NCBI RefSeq assembly: GCF_001194135.2
Contig: NC_068996.1
Location: 46,810,269 to 46,847,423 of the forward strand
DNA from: Octopus bimaculoides
Lineage: Eukaryota
Length of the DNA stretch: 37,155 bases
Direction of reading: 5' to 3'
The translations under genes and the position numbers were made by a program. Numbering within the stretch: the stretch's first letter is position 1; each line of letters opens with the position of its first letter. The notes under the pieces were generated by a model that worked only from the letters and a program-made list of their open reading frames with translations, was not told the origin of the DNA and searched no databases. Of this stretch, positions 1-11,286 are shown piece by piece.

Positions 1-10
1 TATATTTATA

Positions 11-75
11 TATGTATATACTGGCAGAATGTTACTGGTTGGCAAGCATAGAAAATTTCATCTTACCTATAGGAG
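11..75. repeat. 65-bp direct repeat, copy A (copy B at 1641-1705)
   Basis: Ungapped alignment at offset 1630; 55/65 identical by manual count. Confidence 0.85.
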
Positions 76-253
76 GAACATTAATAAATGTACAACCCAG
101 ATGCGGATTATCTAGGTCCTAAGTTTCAAACTTTACAAATTACATTTGTTAACATAAATATGATTAGTTCTCAACAGCTTGATTTACCTGAATAAAATCT
201 CAAATGTTGCTACACCAATACCAGTATATGCTCTTGTGAAATGCCTAGCCTTG

Positions 254-1471
254 TTAACAGACCAAGAACAGTGAAAAAGTTTTCAAAGAAAACATTATGA
301 AATAGTGCAATACAGTAGCATTGCTTTCCAGTAAACAAAGCACCATCTCTTCCGTCTGCACTTCTCTTAGGGGACACTTTGCTTGCATGTGTCCCCTACT
401 TCTACACTGATGACATATGGGTGGTCTCCCCTCCACCACGACTCTTTGTCGGTGTCTTGTCGTGGAGTATCAACTCTTCTGCAATGTTGTGTAAATCTGG
501 TAGGGTCACTTGGATTAGTACTTCTTGCAGCACATCTTCCACAGTAGGTTGGCAAGAGTGCCCACCTTGATCTTATCAAGTGTAATGCTTTTTCGCTTTT
601 TCTTTCNNNNNNNNNNNNNNNNNNNNNNNNNNNNNNNNNNNNNNNNNNNNNNNNNNNNNNNNNNNNNNNNNNNNNNNNNNNNNNNNNNNNNNNNNNNNNN
701 NNNNNNNNNNNNNNNNNNNNNNNNNNNNNNNNNNNNNNNNNNNNNNNNNNNNNNNNNNNNNNNNNNNNNNNNNNNNNNNNNNNNNNNNNNNNNNNNNNNN
801 NNNNNNNNNNNNNNNNNNNNNNNNNNNNNNNNNNNNNNNNNNNNNNNNNNNNNNNNNNNNNNNNNNNNNNNNNNNNNNNNNNNNNNNNNNNNNNNNNNNN
901 NNNNNNNNNNNNNNNNNNNNNNNNNNNNNNNNNNNNNNNNNNNNNNNNNNNNNNNNNNNNNNNNNNNNNNNNNNNNNNNNNNNNNNNNNNNNNNNNNNNN
1001 NNNNNNNNNNNNNNNNNNNNNNNNNNNNNNNNNNNNNNNNNNNNNNNNNNNNNNNNNNNNNNNNNNNNNNNNNNNNNNNNNNNNNNNNNNNNNNNNNNNN
1101 NNNNNNNNNNNNNNNNNNNNNNNNNNNNNNNNNNNNNNNNNNNNNNNNNNNNNNNNNNNNNNNNNNNNNNNNNNNNNNNNNNNNNNNNNNNNNNATTCAA
1201 GGCATGTTGTGTAGTGTGTAGCAGAATGTCGTTTTGATTTTCAGGCATAATCAGTCTGTGTAGGTCTTTCCATGTCTTCTTTGGCCAGCCTCTTTTTCTA
1301 TTACCTTCCAGCGACATCCAGCCCATGCCTGGTTTAGTAAGCCTCTCCCACCTTTACAATCAATTCCTTGTGTTTCCTTACTTTGTTGATATCAAAGTTT
1401 ATTTCAATGACCTTCATTGCTTCGGCAGACAAGTTTTTACCTGCAGTCGCAGCGTAGCCAGCTATTTCCAT
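254..1471 (-). pseudogene. Decayed gag-like ORF1 of an L1/Tx1-like non-LTR retroelement with a CCHC zinc knuckle
   Basis: ATG at 1471 gives MEIAGYAATAGKNLSAEAMKVIEINFDINKVRKHKELIVKVGEAY, then stops. After the N gap and a frameshift it reads VEGRPPICHQCRSRGHMQAKCP, a canonical CX2CX4HX4C at 374-415. No ORF2 is visible. The clade assignment is inference. Confidence 0.7.
607..1194. other. Assembly gap (other gaps: 4039-4048, 7784-8036, 20567-20633, 20939-21468, 25069-25078, about 29213-29533)
   Basis: Runs of N. Confidence 0.95.
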
Positions 1472-1640
1472 ATCCACACTGGGTACTAGAATAATTTTTG
1501 AAGAAGTTCAACAATAAATAATAATATTCTTTAACAATTTTCAACAGTATTCAAATAATTCCACTCACCACACACAACACTCTCTTCCAACCAAAATCAC
1601 TAATGCCAGCACAGAATTCTCTGACCGCCTACTATGTATA

Positions 1641-1705
1641 TATGAATATACTGGCAAAATGTTACCAGGTGGCGATTATAGAAATTTTCATCTTACCTCT
1701 AGGAG
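1641..1705. repeat. 65-bp direct repeat, copy B
   Basis: Matches 11-75. Confidence 0.85.
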
Positions 1706-1709
1706 AATA

Positions 1710-1910
1710 TTTGATTAATTCTGCTGAAGTGTTGTCCAGTCATAGAGCTTTATTTCTCCTTTTTTTAATCACTTCAGTGCTTCTCACTTCTTTGCTGATT
1801 GGTCCCCTTTTAACTCGCTACTGTTCTATTTGTTGGTCCTCTAAATTCAATTCTGTTGATAGCGCTGTTTGTGTTTCGTTGTTCTTTGCAGAGTTTTCCC
1901 ATTTCTTATC
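1710..1910 (-). mobile_element. Degenerate LINE ORF2 fragment (RTE-like pre-RT region)
   Basis: Reads RGPISKEVRSTEVIKKRRNKAL*LDNTSAELIKY, resembling the LINE motif EEV..AIK.LKNNKAPG.DNI.AELIK. Contains in-frame stops. Confidence 0.45.
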
Positions 1911-2030
1911 TTTCACTGGCAGAATATATATGTTGTGTATATATAATGTGAATCAAATTGTACTTGGGTATAACAAGTTCGATTTTTGTTTAAATTGTTT
2001 GAAACGTTTGGCCATGACTCTACCTATCTT

Positions 2031-2228
2031 CTACTTTCTTGTTGTTTCAGTCATTAGACTGTGGCCATGCTGTAGCACCACCTTGAGTTTTTAGTCAATT
2101 TAATCAATCCCAATACATATTTCATCTTCAAACGATGCTACTTATTCAGTTAGTCATTTCAACTCAACCACTTAGCTATGGAGATGTAAACGCACCAACA
2201 TCAGTCGTGAGTCAGTTGTAGACACACA

Positions 2229-2266
<38 letters not shown>

Positions 2267-2419
2267 ACAAGCTTGTTTCAATTTCCTTCTACCAGATCCA
2301 CGCACAAGGGTTTGCTCAGCCCATGGCTGTAGTAGAAGACATTTGGCCAAGTTACCATACAGTAGGACGGAACATGGAACGATGTGGTTGCAAAGCAATC
2401 TTCTTACCACACAGCCACC
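2031..2419 (-). mobile_element. tRNA-derived SINE, degenerate (same family as 14321-14710)
   Basis: Shares cagtcattagactgtggccatgct, the central (CA)n and gtttcaatttcc-accagatcc-cacacagccac with 14321-14710. Confidence 0.75.
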
Positions 2420-2679
2420 TAGTAATGCATATTTCTGTATCTGTTATGGTTTTGTTACACACCATTCTTCCATTGCTTGCCAACTGGTGTCTCTTTTTTT
2501 ATGTCTCCATAACTTAGCAGTTTGATAAAAGGGTCAGTCATATTAAGTACCAAACTTGGATAAAAGCATAATTACTGGGGTTAAGTTATTCAAATTTTGA
2601 CAGCTTAATGCTTCCTGAGAAAATCTATCAAGCCAATTAAAATCATAATCTTGACCGATGCCTATGTGTTATAACTGGC

Positions 2680-2840
2680 ACCCATACTAGTGGCATGTAA
2701 AAAGCACCTCTTAGAGTGGTTGGCATTGGGAAGGGCATCCAGGCATAGAAACCATGCCAAATCAGACTGGAACCTGGTGCAGCTCCCCAGTTTTTGGTCA
2801 TGCCAGCATGGAAAATGGCTATTAAATAATGATGGTGATG
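2680..2840 (+). mobile_element. RTE-type 3' tail repeat
   Basis: aaaagcacc-gtggttggcattgggaagggcatccag-catgccagcatggaaaa ending in (GAT)n; same family as 33320-33830. Confidence 0.7.
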
Positions 2841-3242
2841 CCAATGCCTGATTGTTAATACACAAGATAAGATTCTTAAGGAGGGTAATTGAATCTACCC
2901 CAATCAATGATTGATATATTTTTGATCAACTCGGATAAAAAAAAAATGAAAGAAATTTACAAAATGCAGATTTAATAATTTTTTTTTTTTTTTAATCTAT
3001 TAATAAAAATTTTGATTCTAGTCATCTAAAAATGTTTACCTGATATTTGTGGAACTCATTTCATTAGCTCTTGTAGGGGATGAAAGTTAAAATATGACTT
3101 CAAGATTTGAGCTCAGAAATGCATTTTAGCAGTAGCAACACCTTTAATTACAAACCAATGAAAGATTCTCTAGGATGTTGCTCAATAATTTGAGGTCAAA
3201 TCCCCATCTAATGGCATTCCACTGTTTTGGGAGTATGCATTT

Positions 3243-4480
3243 TATAACCCTTTATCCTTCAGATTCCTCTCTCAATTGCAATGCTTATTTCACATTGTTT
3301 CGAGTTAGTCATGCATAATTTTGTAACTCTGAGATTTCAATGATGTGATCTGGTAATTGCTAGAACAACATTGTAGGGTAGATGTGAAAGGCCAGATCTA
3401 CCTTGTTTTATGTTCAAACTGGCCAGAATATTTGGACCAATTATACAGCCAGCTTTAAGATAAACTAATCATATCTAGATCAAATTTTTCTATTTGCTTT
3501 AAGTGCTAAAAGGTTTGAGCTCATTAGATGTGAAGTCATGAAAAGAACCACACAGCTATTATATCTTTGTATTAACCCTTTAGTATTCTGATTGCTCTGA
3601 CAAATGTATTGCTTATTTATTATTTATATAAGGGCATTACTATACAATAATGCCTCACGCTATGAGGGACTCTAAGGTCAGACTACCATAAAAAACACAT
3701 TTTTACCGAACGCGAGGAAATGCAACTCTCAAAGCCAACCCCTTAAAAACAGACTAAATTATAGATCATGATTTCGTAGTTATTGTAGTATTATACAACC
3801 TCTACTAGTCAGTATAATATGGTCAAGAAAAATAGAAGTAAACAGAGTCAACATACCAAACGAACACTGTATCCAATATAGTACATAGAAGACTGTTCAT
3901 CGCTATTTTCCTATGTAAGTGGTATTCACATTAATAAAAATAATTATTTCTAAATCTCTGAATGAGGTTTTAAATTAATCATACATTATCTCATAGCTTT
4001 GGGATTCCAATGACGTGATTGTTTATTTTTTAAATGACNNNNNNNNNNCAGATCCTGCCAGTTTTAATGCAAGACAAATAGAATATTCGGGCTGGATATG
4101 ACTGGTTTAAGTGCTAAAGGGTTAAAGTGCATATTAGATATGTACAGTCTTAACGCTTTAGTCCTCAAATTACTTTTATCAAATGTAATGCTTATTTCTT
4201 CACATTGTTTTGAATAAATCATGGATTATCTCATTGCTTTGAGATTTTGATGCAGTTGTTTAGTTATAGAAAGACATTGCCTGGTAGGCCAGACCTAGCC
4301 AGATTTGGCCAGTTTGAACAGAATAATAAAATATTTAGGATGCGGCTAGTTTAAGTGTTATCCTTATTTATTCACATTGGTTAGAATTATGTATTCTCAT
4401 AATTTTGAGATTTTGAGAGTGTGATTGTTTATCTTTAGAATGATTGAGCTGGATATAACCACTTTGAATGCTAAATGGAT
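3243..4480 (+). mobile_element. Cluster of about 5 full or partial TTAA-flanked (piggyBac-type) MITE copies
   Basis: Recurrent aacccttta-aatgcttatttattcacatt-gagatttc-ggccagatct-tgctaaagggttaa. One copy ends gctaaagggTTAA at about 4123. Confidence 0.7.
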
Positions 4481-4919
4481 AATGCAGTCCTAGAGACCTG
4501 ATAAAAATGACACAGCGGTCATTTGTTGAATACCTTTAATCATAGAACTTCTTAATCAAGGCTAATTAAGGGCTAAAATAACTTCCAACATTACCTGTAA
4601 TTATGCCATCGTTAGTAACAACTTTCTAATATTCCTTTTTTTTTTTTTTTTTCCCCTAGACTAACTTGCTATGACATGTTAACAGCCCCGTTTTCATTTT
4701 CTTTTATTTTTCTCAAAACAAACTGTGTATTCATAGTTTTTGTGTTGACATATTAATGTAACTGTACAAATACAAATTGTAAGTATAAACATTTAAAATT
4801 AACGTTCAATCAAGCTTAATGTATGTTTGTAAATAAGGGAACCATTTGAGTGAAATAAATAAAATATGCCACAGACCTACAATGTTTTGTGTATGTGAAG
4901 ATATGATAGGCATTTTTTC

Positions 4920-5090
4920 CTGTCACTATCACTACCACCACCATTGCTATCATCATCATCATCATCATCATCGCTATTACATCACACCATTGTTGCCACC
5001 ATCAACCCATCAGCATCACTGTCATTATCACCACCACCATCACCATTACTGCCATTATCACTACCACCACCACTATCACAATCACCGCTG
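4920..5090. repeat. Degenerate (CAC/CAT)n trinucleotide repeat
   Basis: Directly visible; source of the poly-His ORF 4846..5136. Confidence 0.9.
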
Positions 5091-5423
5091 TGTATATTTC
5101 ATGTTTGACTTCAGTGTTGGCAGGGGTTTGATATAATAGAATAACATTTTAATTGCTAAAAATACAGTGAAATTCATGTTGTTGATGACTTGAAATAAAT
5201 TGCTTTATGAAAAAAAAAAAAATTTAAAAAAGCAAAAAGAATTGCAAAATCTTTTGTACTATGGTTTCATGTATTGTTCCTGACAAAATATCATTTAAAG
5301 AATTACTCGTATCACAGCAAATATCTAACATCTAAGTTTTGTGATTGTATAAATCCTTGAACTCATTCTTACTTGTTGAACAGTAACTAGGGTCAGCAAT
5401 TTTATATATATATTGTGTGTGTA

Positions 5424-5560
5424 GGGCATCCAGCTGTAGAAATTCTGCCAAATCAGATTGGAGCCAGGTGTAGCCATCTGGTTTCACCAGTCCTCAGTCA
5501 AATCATCCGACCCATGCTAGCATGGAAAGCGGACGTTAAACAACGATGATGGTGATGATG
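5424..5560 (+). mobile_element. RTE-type 3' tail repeat with (GAT)n end
   Basis: gggcatccagctgtagaaa-catgctagcatggaaagcggacgttaaac-gatgatg. Confidence 0.8.
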
Positions 5561-7149
5561 ACATACATATATATGCACATGTGTGTGTGCACGTTTGTAT
5601 CTGTGTGTGTGTGTGTATATATGCGTGTATTTGTGTGTGTGGATTTTGTGTGTGTGTGTATACACACATGAAGCAATGCCAGGTCATCAGTGTCACTCGG
5701 GCTCATCACAGATTTTGCATAAGACACATGCCTGCTTGAAGAATTTCACATTTTTCTGCAATATTTCTACCTTATTTTTTATATCTAGCATTATGCATAA
5801 AGAGGAGTTGTGTTTTGCAGGGTTGCTTTATCTTTACCCCTAACTTAAAAATGGAGAAAGACAGATGCACATAACGACAGCAGAGTGCACAACAAACATC
5901 AGCGACCTGACTGTCGCCTGTACACTTGACAAGAGATACCAATTAGTCTTTTACACCTACCAAGCTCGTTCGTATTAGCCCGAGTTGCTGAAGAATTTTT
6001 CGTTCATTTAAGAATATTGTAGAAAGGAAACTTTTCGTAGATTGGAATTTAAATCCTAAATCTTTAGAAATTTGTTATAAGAAAACATTGATTGTAATTT
6101 TTACAATTGTAGATAACAACTTGGGCTGTAACTTCTGAGCCTGAATCAGGCGTGTGTGAATGATGCTGAGAGAACGTCTGCTATGAATGATATTTTGTGA
6201 CACAGGGCACCTCTAAGACGACTGCTAGACACTGAAAATAAATGAACTGCGACCAGGGTCAATAAAAGGAGTCGAAGTTATTGGCTGAAATTACATGCTT
6301 GAAGTCAGTGTTGGCAGAAATTAAATCGGCTTGCAAATACACGTTCATTTTACTAAATTTATACTTGGATTAATTCTGAACAGCCTGAGTGCTGGAGGCA
6401 CCACTGATATATGCATGTGTGTGTATTTTCTGGGTTTAAGGAGTGTTATTGGCCATTGCAATACCTCTTAGATCAGTGAGACTGACAGCATAAACATTCC
6501 TGCTGAACCTTTGTAAGTCAACAATTGTATGGAGGGAATTCCAGAGGGATAATGTGGGAAGAAAGGATTAAGCATAGTGATTAGTGTTGGGTCTGGGGTG
6601 ATGATGCCAGCTGGGTTGGAGTACCTGAGTGGAGATAACATAAGTGCAACCAACTCTGCGGAGTAAATGCCATTATGATATATATATGTGTGTTTGTAAC
6701 CCCAACATTGCTTGACAACTGATCTTATGTTTACGTCCCTGTAACTTAGCAGTTCATCGTCATCAAATTTCTTTGACAATGAAGTAATACTGATGTCTAG
6801 CTGTTTTTCCAGTTCATGACTGTAAAGATTATTTTGTTAAAGGCAGTGCTCCAGCATGGCTACAGTTTGACTGAAACAAAAACAATTGAATAAAAGCGTT
6901 TTGAAGATGATGACGATGATGATTACCTTTACTATTACTGTAGCAGACCAGACTGAAAGAATTGTGGACAGATACCTTCTTCTTTGGTGAAGCCCACACC
7001 AACTCTTTTAGTTTTACTTTGAAAGCAAAGAGAGGGTGGAATGAGAAGTGTTCTTCTCCAGCTTGTGTATTAAAAGGTGGGGGAGTGTGGCAGTAATGAT
7101 TAGGGTGAGTGGCACTTACTCTAAACATCCACTTGTAGGTTAAAGAACC

Positions 7150-7500
7150 ACAGTTGGGAGGAAGTTTGTACCTTGGTCAACCTTTTCCTGGATCTGTTGG
7201 CTACTGTGTCTGGCCTTGGTTGGAGGCTCTCCTGTGGCAACTGGACTGCACCGTCCATTTGTTTACTATGTATATTTCTGATCTTACTTCTCCCACTCCC
7301 CTCTATACCTTTCTTGTGTACTTTTATAATCCTAATAGTGTAAATGTATTTATTTACATGAATTGTCAGAGCAACCTTCCTCAGGCTACTTTGACAATGA
7401 GGTCCTTATGATTTCTGTCTTTCTTTGCAGCTGGTTAAATTCGTGGTTGTTGAGCGTGAAGCTCCAGCATATTCATGTATATTGTTCTGGTTGTTCGTTG
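7150..7500 (-). pseudogene. Decayed N-terminal ORF1-like fragment related to 254-1471
   Basis: Reads KKDRNHKDLIVKVA*G versus NKVRKHKELIVKVGE in the first element; differences are mostly at third codon positions. Many stops. Confidence 0.4.
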
Positions 7501-7689
7501 CTTTATCTTTGCTTGTATTGGTTCCCACATTACTAATTGCTAAATTAATTTTGTTTTACTTACCCAAGAGTATCCTTTTTTTTTTTTTTTTTGTCTGAAT
7601 CTGATCATGATCACAGACGTGGTAATAAAGAAGTTGTCACTCAAACTTTTGGATGGTATAGGTTTCTGGTTTGATATAATTTTCTCCTT

Positions 7690-8830
7690 ATTTCATAAAT
7701 TTTGCCATAAAGGCATTACATAGAGGGGACAAACAAAGACAAACAAACAAAGAAGCTGCGGGCTGGACACGGACATTAATGAANNNNNNNNNNNNNNNNN
7801 NNNNNNNNNNNNNNNNNNNNNNNNNNNNNNNNNNNNNNNNNNNNNNNNNNNNNNNNNNNNNNNNNNNNNNNNNNNNNNNNNNNNNNNNNNNNNNNNNNNN
7901 NNNNNNNNNNNNNNNNNNNNNNNNNNNNNNNNNNNNNNNNNNNNNNNNNNNNNNNNNNNNNNNNNNNNNNNNNNNNNNNNNNNNNNNNNNNNNNNNNNNN
8001 NNNNNNNNNNNNNNNNNNNNNNNNNNNNNNNNNNNNTCCTTCCTGTCACATATCCTTTCAACATTTTTTCCTTCCCTGACATATAAGACTTCCACACACA
8101 CCTGCGGAGGCCAATTTGGATTGTCTATAGTGGTTGAGTTGTACTGTTGATGATCCAAACAATTATCTAAATAAAGCTGAACGGGCCCATCCTTGAGGTA
8201 ACAGAGGATAATCTCTGCTTCCTTGTTAGCGGGAGGGACCACGGCCTGCTCTGCTAGTGGCACAATTTACACTGGCAGAGCCTCCTCCTCCAGTGGCTCA
8301 CTACCCACCGGAGGGGCCTCGGGTTCAACTGGCAGCACAATGGCATCCGCCGTCCATCTCCGTTTCTTTTCTTTTTCCTTTTATCGTCTGTGGGGGGTGG
8401 GGCCTCCACCGGCACATCCGGAGGGCCCTTCTCTTCACTCGCAGACTGCTCTTTAACTGGTGAGCAACTGCCGTTACTTATCTTTCTTTTTCTATTCGTG
8501 GAGGCGGAAGCCTCCACGACTTTCTCTTGTTCCTCAACCAGTTGCCAATGTCCTTTAAAAGAGTTCATAGGTGGCTTTTTTCCTTTTGGCTACACCATGA
8601 AACGCCAATTGAACACAGTAGTTCAAGGTGTGTTGGGTTCGATCTGATCATGGGATCAATGTTGGTGAGGTTTTGTTAACTGGTGTCTTCCATTATACTG
8701 CAGTTGGTAGAAATCTATGACCGTTGAGTGTATTTTGGCACAGCTCTTTGTTGGTCCTTTTTCTATTAGTTCCAGTGATGTCACTTGGTGAATTAATTCA
8801 TTATTACTTCTTCAAGAGTGTGTACTCAAT
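7690..8830 (-). mobile_element. Decayed retroelement-like remnant: K/E/P-rich ORF segment, gap, then a 3' UTR-like end
   Basis: ORFs 8254..8568 and 7688..8263 join via one frameshift and one stop (STNRKRK...KRKKKR...EPEAPPVGSEPLEEEALPV*IVPLAEQAVVPPANKEAEIILCYLKDGP...). GC-richer than the flanks. An A17 run lies on the minus strand at 7576-7592. Confidence 0.4.
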
Positions 8831-9927
8831 AGCAGTACTATCTTAGGGAAGGGTATCAACCTAACCTAACAAGAAATAGATGGTAAAAGATAGCCTGTAA
8901 TGTAGATATAAATATATATTTGGTTCTTTATATGTAACTTCCTCAAGCTACCTATAATCTAATCCCTGCAGTACCTTGTAACTGGGGCAAAATGAGTAAT
9001 TCTCGTTATTTTTTCTGTTTATTTGGAACTATTGGGATGTAAATATTGCATCATTTTGTACTGTTGCATCATCTTTGAGAATAAAAATTGGTCAACATGG
9101 TTGTTTTAGAGTTTGGAACATAGGTGATGTAATCCCCCCCCCCCTCAACTTTGACTTAATTGCAACTGAGGTTACTAATAAAATATTTGGATAATTTTTA
9201 GTGTTTAACAATAAAAATTCTTTTCTTTGTTGGATTCCAAGTAAATTCTACCACCCCACCACACACATACTGTCTTATTGACAATTTTCTATTTTCAAAA
9301 ACGGGGCAAAATGAGTAATGACTAATTTCAGTAATTTCTTCTCTTAAACTGCATGGCCTCTAAATAACAGGGAACAGAGCTACTCCTACATATAGAAAAA
9401 AAGCCATAGAGAATATTTTATGTTGAGATTTTAGATTTAGCCAGGTTTCATTTTATGTATCATATTTTGCCATGATCCTCTTTCATTTGATCTAAATATT
9501 TGGAATTTTTGTTGCATATCTGATCTTTCTGATAGCTAAAGATGGATATTGATGTGTTATGAGTCCTTGGTTTTTCAAAAGTAATACCAGAGAATTAAAA
9601 AGCAAATTTATTTTGTCTTACTCATTTTGCATAACCTAAATTTGTTTGAAAATACTCAAAGGGAAAGGAAATAATTTTCTTAAATGTTTTTTTTTCTCTT
9701 TTTCTTTTTATCCCCCTCCCCAGTGTATAACAAAATTAATTTTACTTACAAGGAAAAAAGTGGGTGAGGGGGATTAAGCAGCAGAAGGTGGGGGAAGACT
9801 ATTCCCCAGATCAAATAAGAAAGTTCAAATTGGTGTACAAATAATTTTAGGAGGTTCTCTTCTGATGAATGTTTTAATAGTTTAATTCATTTAGAGAAGT
9901 TCGTTTACTTCCTGATATAGTTTTTGT

Positions 9928-10311
9928 GTGGAGGGCAATGGCCCAGTGGTTAGGGCAGCGGACTCGCGGTCATAGGATCGCGGTTTCGATTCCCAGACCG
10001 GGTGTTGTGAGTGTTTATTGAGTGAAAACACCTAAAGCTCCACGAGGCTCTGGCAGGGGATGGTGGCGAACCCTGCTGTACTCTTTCACCACAACTTTCT
10101 CTCACTCTTACTTCTTGTTTTTGTTGTGCCTGAAATTCAAAGGGTCAGCCTTGTCACACTGTGTCATGCTGAATATCCCCCAGAACTACGTTAAGGGTAC
10201 ACGTGTCTGTGGAGTGCTCAGCCACTTGCACGTTAATTTCATGAGCAGGCTGTTCCGTTGATCGGATCAACTGGAACCCTAGACGTCGTAAGCGACTGAG
10301 TGCCAACAACA
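9928..10311 (+). mobile_element. Full-length tRNA-derived SINE with an 11-bp TSD
   Basis: A box tggcccagtgg, B box ggtttcgattcc, (CAA)n tail. TSD atagtttttgt at 9917-9927 and 10312-10322. Confidence 0.9.
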
Positions 10312-10908
10312 ATAGTTTTTGTAAGTTACCAAACATTTGTAAAAGATACATTTTTTTTTCCCTCAGTCAAAAATGCAGTAAATATAACTCATGGTGCTCT
10401 CCCTCCCTCCTATATATTTTTAGTCTAATTTGTTGTAAAAAAAATACTAAACTAGTTCACTTTTCTTCAGTATTTACAATCAAATTACAATTCAATTTTA
10501 AGTTTTCAATTGAAATAAATGTTTTCAAATATAAACACCAACAATATTTTATCACTAGAAAATATTCAGCCCTGGCTAGATTTTATATCAAAGTAATTTA
10601 TCCCAGTTTTTTATCTGTTCTAATACTTAGCTTTTGAATCCTAGTTTTGTCCTTTGGTGCCAACCTTGAAATGTGGAAAAATATATGACCTCGGGCTGGT
10701 TTTCAGATTTGCTTTCCCTATCAGCAATAGGGTTCAAAATGCCAAATTCCTTTCGATATGCATGTTTGGACATGAATTGAATATCATAAGATGTAATGAC
10801 CCCAACAGTCAAAATCATGCAGTTTCCTGGTTGTCGTTTCATTTTATCAGACTTCAAAAATATTATACTCAAATGTTTTATCTCAAGTACCAAACATTCT
10901 TTTCAATA

Positions 10909-11286
10909 CATTATTTACATTTGACGGATATTTGTCCTCATCTTGTTTGTTGTTAAGACAACATTTCAGCTGATATACTTTCCAGCCTTCAATATCAGCC
11001 GAAACATTGTGTTAACAACATACGAGATGAGGACAAATATCCGTCAAATGTAAATAGTGTACATAATTCCTCATCTCTTAAATATAGAACTGAATAATAA
11101 TAATAATAATAACATTGAAAAATACCTTAGGAATGAGAACCCATGTTTGAAATTTCCCCAAGACACCTGACGAAGGCTGGAGGGTATATCAGCCGAAACG
11201 TTGTGTTAACAACAAAAAAGATGAGGACAAATATCCGTCAAACGTAAATAATGTACATAATTCCTCATCTCTTAAATATAGAACTG
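10909..11286. mobile_element. Penelope-like terminal repeats (pLTR): one inverted plus two direct copies
   Basis: 10909-10976 is the reverse complement of 10992-11059. 10992-11092 is directly repeated at 11186-11286. The longest copy contains a hammerhead fold. Confidence 0.8.
11162..11207 (+). ncRNA. Minimal type I hammerhead ribozyme motif
   Basis: Stem I GACAC/GUGUU; core CUGACGA plus an extra A; stem II GGCUG/CAGCC; GAAA; palindromic AACGUU in place of stem III; predicted cleavage GUU| after 11202. Confidence 0.75.

Noticed and set aside
62-190. Minus-strand exon between cttac (62) and ctg (188)
   Set aside because: Stops in all three frames. The donor-like motif is part of the 65-bp direct repeat.
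367-1326. Long ORFs spanning N runs (also 525..1214, 20825..21586, 29091..29549)
   Set aside because: Their length comes from gap Xs. The CCHC motif lies in a different frame.
4846-5136. His-rich protein ORF
   Set aside because: Translation of a (CAC/CAT)n microsatellite.
9932-10010. tRNA gene
   Set aside because: The tRNA-like head runs into a 300-bp SINE body with a tail and TSD, and no complete cloverleaf is evident. The same applies to the other SINE heads.
10627-10956. Overlapping ORFs of 88 aa (-) and 100 aa (+)
   Set aside because: No recognisable motif, weak splice signals, and the + ORF runs into the pLTR.
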